A model generated the notes under the pieces. The model did not search any database. It had not been told where the DNA came from and saw only the letters and a list, made by a program, of their open reading frames with translations. The position numbers and the translations under genes are program-made. Shown piece after piece: positions 36,515 to 45,647 of a DNA stretch of 45,647 nt; within the stretch, counting starts at the first letter, position 1; each line of letters opens with the position of its first letter. This stretch comes from Parasitella parasitica NRRL 2501 (lineage: Eukaryota > Fungi > Mucoromycota): the NCBI GenBank assembly GCA_025201805.1, contig MU619255.1, positions 21,512-67,158 of the forward strand, read 5' to 3'.

Positions 36515-38466
36515 TTATTTCTGTGTCGCTGGTGTCGCGGCTGGACTCGGAGATCTTGTATTCGTAGCCGTAGTTACGGTAGTAATCGTGGGGGAAGAGA
36601 AATCCTGAGCGACAGGATCATTACCATGCGCAACGTCAAGGCCTATTTGCATATACATAAATAAAAGAAAAACCAACACCCACATTTCATTCATACCATA
36701 AGTGTTCAAGAACTCGTCCATATTCAATAGATCTCCCTCTGTTGCATCATCTAGCTTTTGTTGGTCCATGTCTATTTCTTGGCTTGGAGAAGCATTCATT
36801 CTAGTGGGATCAAACCCCAAATGGTGGGCCAGTGCCTGTAGACTGAGGCCCAACTCATCAATGTCCTGATTCAAAGCATCTGCGGATCCAGCTATACTAG
36901 AGAGACTATTTGTCACTTGGTTTAACGAGCGTATACTATGCTGCTGCTGCTGCTGCTGCTGCTGCAATTGTTGATGTTGATGTTGTTGTTGTAGTTGGCC
37001 CGGTGTTGTTGTTGTTGTTGCTGATGCAGGAATTGACGAGGTTAAATCCATGGAAGTAATGGATGAAGCTGAAGGAGAGGCTGTGGTGGCAATAGCTGGC
37101 ACGGATGTCAGGTGTTGGGGATTTGTAGTAGTTGGAGGCGCTGCAGGTATTCCGTAAAAAGCATCGCTTGTCAATTGGCTCAGCAAATGGGGATTGGATT
37201 GTGCTAAACTAATCAGACTTTGCAGATTTTGAAGCTGTGGTATATTGGTGATATTGGAAAAGTCATTGATGGACGCTAAAGAGTTATTTTCGGCTAACAA
37301 GATCCATGTCAGCATAATTGTCGTGATGAATACGGGCAAAATTACCATTTTTCGAGTGATCATTCAGGGCAATAGCGTCTGCTAAATCTGATGACGGCGT
37401 ACTTGCTGCTGAATCCTTTACATACGCAGGTAGAGATGCACTTAGGCCAGCTAAATCATTCTTACCGCTAACGTAATCATCCAAATTAAACGATTCTGCT
37501 GTCAAGGAGGATGGCTGTGTCTGCTGTGGTAGGTGATCCTGGCGAGGCATTTTCTTGGGCCTTGCTGTGTCGTGCAGCTGTTGCTGTTGTTGCTGCTCTT
37601 GCTGCTCTTGCCGCTCTTGCCGTTCGTACAGATCCAGCTCTGCTTCGTGATCATCGCCATCAGCAGGGCCCAGCAGAAACCGTCTCTTTCTCGGTATGGC
37701 GGGTCTCTTTTCACCATTTGAAAACACAGAGGCCAGAAACCTCAGTATTTTATCAATCGTCTCTTGATGGCGTGAATGTCTCTCTCTTGCAGAAACAGTC
37801 TCTTGCCACAGCACTTGATTGTCTCGCTGGATGCCTTGCAGCTGGGTCGATATGTTCATTTGGTGCTTTTTGATGGACTGTATTTCTTCCAAGATGTGCT
37901 GCAAGTCGATATTGGAGATTTCCTTGTCGTCTGTGTTGGGCCCCTTTTTGCGAGTGACCAGCAGTAAAAGATCAGGCTGATTGCGCTGGAAATGAGGGTT
38001 GCTAAACTCCCACCGTTCAGATTCACTATCGGTTTCCAAGACGCCCTGCTGGAGATGGGGAACTTTGTGGAATCCGTACATGTTGAGCTGACGCACAAAG
38101 GACGAGAATTTGTTGTGTTTGAAGAATCGCGGCAGCACTTTGCGGGCAAAGTCTTCTTGACGGTTGACGAAAAAGGATGCGCCATCGTCAGACCAGCAAA
38201 TAAGATCGTCAGATTCTGGGTCGTTGACCATACTACATGTAGTTGACATTGGACTACTTGTTTGCGCGCTAATGCAAAAGCGTGATGATTTACCTGTAAA
38301 GCTTGTTTAGGAAGGCGGGCACATTTTTCTGTAATGGTGGGGCGTGCGAGGAAGTAGCAGCCTGCGGCTTTGTAGCCGCAACAGCCGTTGATGGAGCTAT
38401 TGATTTGAACACTTTAGGCGTCTCTTCTATGTCTTCTTCTTTGATGGCAATGGGAACTTGATTCAT
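36515..38466 (-). CDS. HSF1: Heat shock transcription factor, 4 exons
   Basis: The HSF DNA-binding domain VPAFLNKLY|SMVND...LPRFFKHNKFSSFVRQLNMYGFHK...WEFSNPHFQR is split by intron 38293-38233. HR-A/B oligomerisation region (HQETIDKILRFLASVF) and poly-Q tracts follow. Confidence 0.95.
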
Positions 38467-38706
38467 GCGTTGGAAATAGAAACCGTGTGTTTTTTTATTT
38501 TTTATTTTTTTTTTTCGTACGAGGAAAAGGAAGAAATAAGAAGCCTTGCACTTGTCGTTTGTGTAGATTGAGACCTTTGGAGTAGGAGATGCCTTACTTG
38601 ACGTCACACACGCACACACACACAGTTAAAATAGCCCCAATGGCTTGGAAATTTGGCATTCGGGATCAACATCAATGGGCTTCTGATGAGGGCTCTGAAA
38701 AGAAAA

Positions 38707-38896
38707 NNNNNNNNNNNNNNNNNNNNNNNNNNNNNNNNNNNNNNNNNNNNNNNNNNNNNNNNNNNNNNNNNNNNNNNNNNNNNNNNNNNNNNNNNNNNNN
38801 NNNNNNNNNNNNNNNNNNNNNNNNNNNNNNNNNNNNNNNNNNNNNNNNNNNNNNNNNNNNNNNNNNNNNNNNNNNNNNNNNNNNNNNNNNNNNNNN
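38707..38896. other. Assembly gap (190 N)
   Basis: Run of N in the HSF/F-box divergent intergenic region. Confidence 1.
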
Positions 38897-39062
38897 TTTT
38901 TTCTACAATTCCAGTAAATCACATGAGTGTCAATCATGCAACATTACACACATCACAAGTGTACACTTTTTCTTGTCGTTAGATCCTCAATCATTGATTC
39001 CCACCATTATATCTATTTCTTCTTGTTCCTTTCTACATACATAATAATAATAAACAAGGTCG

Positions 39063-40925
39063 ATGCAATTGATAACAACGCTGCCCATAGAGGTATTTCA
39101 CCGTATAGCCAGTTATCTCAGCAGGCAAGAGCTGATTGAGTGCCAATGTGCGTGCACTTGTTGGTACAAGATGTGGACTCGATACAGTTACCGTCGTATT
39201 CACATTCGAGGGAAGCTCCAGTTCCAATCGTTCTTTTACGACACCCTCCAATCCTCGCTTATGGCAGCTCCTTATTCCGCAGGACACCACATCCGCAAGC
39301 TGGTCGTTGAAAACGGTCATATTGAGCCTTTTATGCTGGGCCAGCTGCCTCAGTTGTGCCCTTACTTGGAGGTGTTTATGTTTGATGGCGTTGTATTGAG
39401 TCAAGCAGCTCGCCGTGAGTCATTCCAGCATTACCAGCAGCGGAGAAACCAGGAAGAATTGGACAAAGTGCGACACCATTTTGCTCTTTGGAAGCATATG
39501 CGTGAATTGGTCGAAGTAAATGGGATTGCTGTGGCGCATGCCTTGTTGCAACAAACCACCAGACACTTGACATCTTTATCAGTGCAGTTCAACAATCAAA
39601 ACGATAGGACAAATTTGAAAACATCACTCGTCGCCTCATTGCACCACGCTCCCAACTTGCAAGCCCTTTCTATAGAATGCATCTATTTGACCTGCAAAGA
39701 ATTAGAATCCATGCACGACAGCTGCCCCAGCCTTTCTGCTCTTTGTCTATCGGACACCATCTTGCTCCCTATGCCAGCAGCTCATTGCAAGAAGCATGAA
39801 ATCAAGCCAGCAATTGGCCTGAGGAAATTCCGATTTATCAATGGAAGTTTTTGTAATGACGCTCCTCGCTGGCTGAATTACATCTCGCAGAAATACATTT
39901 ATGCAAGGTGTTTGGACATAGGCTCCTGTACTTTCTTTGCAGAAGCCCGTGAGAGTCAACAGTTAGACAGTAATAACCATGAGGAACAGCTGCTCCAAAT
40001 AGCCGAATCCTGCACCAAGCTGGAAGCATTGAATCTGCAATCATTTCGCCTGCAAACCGCGTTCTTTCAGATGCTCGATCAAAAGGCTGTCTTTCTAAGC
40101 CAACTGACGCTTGGCGACGGTCTGACAAATAGCCTGGCTTATGAATTGAAAGGATTACTCAAATCCAAGCAGCGGGATTCCATAAAAACACTCTTCATTT
40201 TAGGGTGGCCGCTTGCTGCTGATATCAGAGGTTCGCACATGCTGATGGTTTCTCTGGGACAATGCACGCATATTACAAAACTGCATCTTTCGCTCGGTCG
40301 ACATCTTCATCGGAATGAATCTAACCCGGCAACCTCCACCATCTATCTTGATTTTCTACTCACTCAGTGCCCCAAACTAACGTGTTTGACTGTAGCAGAT
40401 GCTACATTGGCAACAATCGCTGCATCCGTCACGCCCGCCTTCAAACAGTACACACTTCGGTCACTTCAATTGGAAAACGTGTTGATTGATAGTGGCCGTG
40501 ACGCTTTCCATATAGTCGCTACCCACTGTGCAGAACTGACTGAACTGTGTTTGATTTCGACCATTTCGAGCCCTGTATACCACAATACCCGGAATTTCAA
40601 CATTTACCTGCCTCAACATCGACTGAAAAGATTGGTCCTGGATCGAATTCGAGTCTCTCGAAAATGCAGTATGCGCTTAGGTACGTCTCGCTTCAAAATA
40701 ATCAAAGACATGAAGACTGCTTGGTATGACTTGATAGGATACGAATGCTGCGCTAGTCCTTCCTTTGCCAGGCATAGCGGCACAGATAAAATGAGAGCCA
40801 GCAAGGTGAAAAAGCTCCAAGATGCTGACATAAACTACAGTAACCTGGATCAAAGCGTCTACGTGTCGGTTGTTTGCAAAAATATCGAGTCATTGTATCT
40901 GACTGGACTACACATTGTGCAGTGA
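39063..40925 (+). CDS. F-box protein with LRR/RNI-like C-terminal region (620 aa, intronless)
   Basis: N-terminal F-box LPIEVFHRIASYLSRQELIECQCACTCW and recurring CPxLxxL units (CPYLEVF, CPSLSAL, CTKLEAL, CPKLTCL). Confidence 0.85.
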   Translation: MQLITTLPIEVFHRIASYLSRQELIECQCACTCWYKMWTRYSYRRIHIRGKLQFQSFFYDTLQSSLMAAPYSAGHHIRKLVVENGHIEPFMLGQLPQLCPYLEVFMFDGVVLSQAARRESFQHYQQRRNQEELDKVRHHFALWKHMRELVEVNGIAVAHALLQQTTRHLTSLSVQFNNQNDRTNLKTSLVASLHHAPNLQALSIECIYLTCKELESMHDSCPSLSALCLSDTILLPMPAAHCKKHEIKPAIGLRKFRFINGSFCNDAPRWLNYISQKYIYARCLDIGSCTFFAEARESQQLDSNNHEEQLLQIAESCTKLEALNLQSFRLQTAFFQMLDQKAVFLSQLTLGDGLTNSLAYELKGLLKSKQRDSIKTLFILGWPLAADIRGSHMLMVSLGQCTHITKLHLSLGRHLHRNESNPATSTIYLDFLLTQCPKLTCLTVADATLATIAASVTPAFKQYTLRSLQLENVLIDSGRDAFHIVATHCAELTELCLISTISSPVYHNTRNFNIYLPQHRLKRLVLDRIRVSRKCSMRLGTSRFKIIKDMKTAWYDLIGYECCASPSFARHSGTDKMRASKVKKLQDADINYSNLDQSVYVSVVCKNIESLYLTGLHIVQ

Positions 40926-41112
40926 TGCTAATAAAATGGCACATACCCTCTTGCATGCGTAATGTTGACATGATGACAGGAATCTATTTATTAGATCAAT
41001 TATGAGAGTATTTTGTAGAATGTATGGATAGGCAGCGATTATTATTATTAATGTTATTATTATTATTATTATTGTATAAGAATTAAGAAATATATGTGTA
41101 TTATTATTAGGT

Positions 41113-41439
41113 CTAGCTCTCTCTTTCAGCAAACACATCAGAATAAAACCTGTTCAAAACTGTCAGTATTCGCCGTAAGGCAATGCCATGCAAACACTGA
41201 AAACTTACTCTGACAAGGGTAACTTGATTCGATGTCGATGCGCCATCTCTTCTAAATACTCTTTGCGAATGACAAAAGGTCGAGTGTAGGTATCTGTAAC
41301 TACTCTGCAAGCCTGGTGGGCTGATATCGCCGTGCTTCTTACCATGGAGCCCAAAGCATGACGACTAACAACAATGCCATCGACTAATGGCCCGAATATC
41401 TATGCCGGCGTCAGTTATCTGTTCATACTGTGTCTGCAC

Positions 41440-41473
<34 letters not shown>

Positions 41474-44400
41474 GAGGGGGGAGGGGGAGGAGGAGGAGAA
41501 GGAGGAGGAGGCTTACCAGTGCATTCTCGTTCAATCTTTGGCTAGCTAATAAACTTGCTGATGAATTGCCTTGAGTAGGCACCAAAATTCGAACCCAATA
41601 AAGTCCATTAGCGCTGTGTTCAAGGGGATTGATAAAGATGTACACCATTGCTTTGGAATTGGCTGAACTGGATGATTTGATCAAGCTGGCCAGTGCTTTG
41701 TACTGTGCTAGATCCTCAATCCATATGACGCAGACATGGTCATCCGACGATATCTGCTTGTGGATCTTGGATATGGTGTTCATGTTTCCCCATTCCATTG
41801 TATCTGCTGCTGGTTTCTTTAAAAAGTATGGTACATTCACGATAAACTCTACAGTGCGGTCTGAATAGTACGGGATAGTTTCGCAGATGGAGGGATCCAG
41901 CTTTCCTCTGTATCCTTTATGCTGGTGAGTCTTGACCTATATTGGCTTTATCAGCTAAATCCGTGTCTCGTATCTCTGGGTCCTTGGGGCGGGATGCGCA
42001 AACTTACCGGCCATCCAAGACAGTTGATAAACTGCAAAAATTGCCCGCTCAAAGCAGGCGGCGTCTCTATAAGCTCGGACCATGTTACTCTACCAGATTT
42101 TGCATAATAGGCTGATATAGAAATGCAATCCCGTCTGTGCGGTATTAGTGTCTACCCATCCGACCGTAAATGTCCGTCACTTACTCATTCAACATGTCGA
42201 GCGTTTCCATTTCCGAAATCATCGAATCAGTAATACGCAATGGCGTAATATGGCTGCGATTCATGGGCAGCAAGAACCCGGCCTGGGAGAGCAGCAGTCG
42301 GAAGCCTCTTGGACTATTGAGGTCGATATTCGCTCCAGCTGGCGCTATTTGGTAGTTCACAAGGGCGTCTTTGTCCTGCTTGACATTGTCTCTTTCAGAC
42401 GCCTCTTGCTTTCCCATCAATATCTTTACCATTTCCCACTGGTTCCATTCGCTTGATTGAGGCAAAAACACTTTATCTATGCTAGGCATTTCCTGTTCAT
42501 TGACCGCTACAGCTGTGGGCACTACCGCTGCTTGTCGTTGCACTGGTGGCGATGGCTGTGGCGAGGACAAAGACCCTGTGTCATCAATGGAGGGTAGCTG
42601 GAGGTAGTCAGAAGCGACGTTTTTCGTAGGAGATTCTACTGCAGGTTTTTTGTCACTGCTGTCCACATATTGTGTTTCCATAGACCATACGTATTTTCCT
42701 GTTGTGTCGCGAATAACGACTATGATAGATGGCACATTACCAGGTCCATCTTTGGTAGGACTTGGATCTGTCACGTCAATGATGGTCAGTAACGTGCGCT
42801 TGTCAATCAAGAAATAGCGTATATATGTGCTTTCTGCTGCCCAATTCTGCTCATCCTGCGCTCTAATCTGCTTTAGTTGCGATATATCGTCTGCTTTTGC
42901 CGACCTATAGCCACCTAATACATGCTCGTGCGGCGAAGCGAATCTTCCCAACTGATTCACAAACTGAGACATACAGTACTCTGCTGCCATCCTCACGGCA
43001 ACTTGCTCCTTTTTATGCGTCGTCGAGCCGCCTCTTGCGTTTGCGTTGGTGGCTGCCGCATTTTGGTCCTGTGTGGTGTGGTGTTGGTGAATGCCTTTGT
43101 TGACACGAGGAGGGAGCTGGAAGAGCTGCTTTGTAGGTGGGAAAGCTGTATCTCGTCGCTTCTTTTTCTCCACATTGACAGGCTCTACTGGCGCTGAGGG
43201 GGCGTCTCTTTCAAAAATGGTAATTCCCTTGCTGAGTGTAGCAATCACTGCTTTATAGCAATCTCTGTCGTCTACGATCCACTGACTAACAAGGACCCAT
43301 TTGATCATGCAGTCGTATGCTTGAACAATCAGTGGATATGTCTGTGCTAGTTTCTCCGCATTGATGAGTATATCCACATATCGACTCAGCGCCAACACAA
43401 GCTCTCTTGCTACGTTCTGCCAGCGTGCGTTAGAAAACTCTTTTCAAAAAAAAGACTCACTTGCCTAGTTTTTGTTTTGTAACCTACCTTGCTGTCTCGC
43501 TTTACAAAGTCATACAAATCAACAAAATCCATCAAGACGTCGAATGCAACAAGCGTAACATCCGCTGGTAACTGCATAGTCAGGATCTTGTCCTGGATCA
43601 GCTTGACAACTGTTCCTACAAGTCCGGGGCAGAATGGCACATCTTCGTTCACATAGACATTGATCAAATGGAGGATGTATCGCATGTTGTAGGAGGACGT
43701 CTCTGTTCGCAGCGACATTAACAGGATTTCGAGGATATAAAATTTGAGCTACAGTGGTGTTAAAGTACGGGCGTTGTGGCAAAACTCTATAAAACGTACC
43801 GATAAAAATGGGCGTTCGGCGCTGTCTTCTGCTGGGGAGACGTACAAAACTCGAATCTACAGAGAGACTTTCAGTCGGAATGCAGACATGTACGCTACTC
43901 GTGCCATAAGACTTACCAGCTGTGTAATAAGTTGTTCCTGCTCACCTACAAACGCAATATTTTCCGCCACAAAGCTGCCCATTTCACCTCCCTTCCACAG
44001 CTGAAGTTCCACTTTATCGAAATGATTCGGGACACACATGATCGTGCTCAACACCTTGATAGCAGCGAGCCGTAAGTTGTCAATAGACACATTTGTCCGA
44101 CACTCAAATCTCAGTTTGGGCAACACCATTTTGATGGCAGAAATAAAGTCAGGCACCAGCATTCGCACACCCTCCAAATCCGTAGCAAATAACTCTGTGC
44201 ATGAGAGCAGGATAGTTGGTAAACAAGCCTCGGATCGAAGTCCTACTTTTAGTGCTGCATAGTACCGCTCAATGTAGGTGCGAAGAAAAGGCTCTCTCTT
44301 TTGCGGCCTGCAAAATATTTTGCACAGCGTGGCAAAGGATTCCGCACATCCGCGTTGTGTGTCTGGGTTGATTAGTATGGATTTGGACGTAGCGTCAAAG

Positions 44401-45647
44401 AGGTAGGTGCCAAACATGTGGAGCAGTGTATTGCCGTCAGGATTGGTGGCAGCGGAAGGTTCGTGGTGTGAGATGTCGGCGCCACTGCTGCTTGAGTTGA
44501 GTGTGTCGACGAGGTTTCCGATGCCAAGTATAGCCAGCGTAAAGTTGTTGGATGGCAATTGCAGTGGGTGAGGTATAAGGTACAAAACGCGATGCCATGC
44601 ATAGGACACAAATTCAGTCGGGAGGTCCAATTTGATGTTTGGACTATTCACATAGACACCGTCTGTCCCTTCCTTATCCCCATAGATTAGATTTTGAATC
44701 CGTTTCGTCAGCGCCAGAGAAGTCGAGCTCCACTGCTGAATGGTTTTTGATCTGTGCGTCCATCGCATAAAGCAGCTCTTGAGTATGTCCCACATTTCCA
44801 CGTCCATAATGTTGGATCGAAGCCATAATTCAAACAGAACCTGCAACAAGCTATCGCACAGCTCGTCTGCCATGTTCATAACCCCCAGATTCGAGGTGTC
44901 TCCCAAGGGCTCCTTCAATAGGTAATCCGTAATGCCCAACATGACCTTCAATAACACTGACCAAGTCTCCCCAGACAGCTTCAACGTCCTTCCAGCCATT
45001 GCAAACACTTTCAAAGTTTTTTTGCAGAGCTCCACGTGTCTATGCACTAGTTGAGAGAGCGTCTCCTTTAGAGCACTCTGAGCATTAGATGAGTTGTTTG
45101 TGCTGGAATGCGGTGGGAGATTGGGCGTGAACGGCATGCCCAGATTATTGTGCGCATTTACAGGCAGCATGGTGATGTGGAATGAACTGTTTTTTGTTGC
45201 TGATCCTGCTCCTCCTTGTGTCGATTGCATGGAAATAGGAGGTGTGGTTGCTGTGTTGGGAGCACCATTGTTTACTCTTGCGATGCGAGGCTGAAATAAC
45301 AGCGAGAATTGGTGGAATATAATCTGATAAAATTCCTGCTCCAGCCCTTCCTCAATCACTGCCAGCGGTCTGAGGTTGTGCTCAAACAGCCATCTGGCGT
45401 AGATGTCAACATCGTCGTTGGTAATGGCCATGTCTTCTAGTGGTAAATTAAAGCCCTGTCCAATCACTTCCATAAACCATTTAACATGAGCAGGCGACGA
45501 AAATATGCTTGGGTCAGGTGGCTGTTTGCCTAGAGACACTGGGTGAAGGTAGCCTGTAATTTCGGATATCAGCACTCTTCTAATAGATAACGGAAGAGAG
45601 CCAAGAATATTTGTTTCTACAATGCGTAATTTTTTTTTTTTTTTTTT
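41113..45647 (-). CDS. RALGAPB: Ral GTPase-activating protein subunit beta-like (Rap/Ran-GAP-type C-terminal domain); 5' end outside the window
   Basis: VKWFMEVIGQGFNLPL...DVDIYARWL, VLFELWL, PDGNTLLHMFGTYLFDA, LPTILLSCTELF, IVQAYDCMIKW, VVIRDTTGKYVW and FGPLVDGIVVSRHALGSMVRST match features I recall for RalGAP-beta. The last exon ends FYSDVFAERES*. Confidence 0.8.
41440..41511. repeat. (GT)n and GGA-rich microsatellites in a RalGAP-beta intron
   Basis: gtgtgtgt... followed by gggggagggggaggaggaggagaaggaggaggagg. Confidence 0.85.

Noticed and set aside
12350-45294. Many antisense or alternate-frame ORFs in the track (e.g. 12350..12718, 19701..20246, 37511..37873) and ORFs spanning N gaps
   Set aside because: They are shadows of real genes on the opposite strand or frame, or artefacts of gaps.
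1-45647. tRNA, rRNA, CRISPR arrays or prokaryotic defence systems
   Set aside because: I saw no cloverleaf, rRNA-like or repeat-spacer pattern. The sequence is spliceosomal-intron-containing eukaryotic DNA, and the RT is a LINE RT rather than a retron or DGR.

Overview
Eukaryotic, intron-rich, AT-rich genomic DNA. The short GT-AG introns, gene content and repeat types point to an early-diverging fungus, most likely Mucorales (inference). The first ~9.3 kb is a gene-free repeat block. It holds a 5'-truncated, frameshifted L1/Tx1-type LINE ORF2 on the minus strand (AP-endonuclease end, YADD reverse transcriptase, zf-RVT). It also holds two ~855-bp solo LTRs of one family (TG..CA ends, each with its own 5-bp TSD) that face each other across that LINE, and a decayed LINE on the plus strand. 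The rest is gene-dense: a PI-PLC-like phosphodiesterase, a Ser/Thr-rich single-pass membrane protein, a secreted sulfatase, a DUF202 protein, NADP-isocitrate dehydrogenase, a ~1,800-aa Sel1-repeat protein with a predicted N-myristoylation motif, a tandem WWE-like protein, an HSL-family esterase, PYM, heat-shock factor, an F-box protein and a RalGAP-beta-like gene that runs off the right end. The best candidate for an undescribed system is the convergent solo-LTR/LINE cassette. It could generate dsRNA against the LINE family, and its two LTRs share a 197-bp perfectly identical tract despite ~6% divergence overall. That function is inferred, not shown. All alignments, counts and exon boundaries were done by eye.
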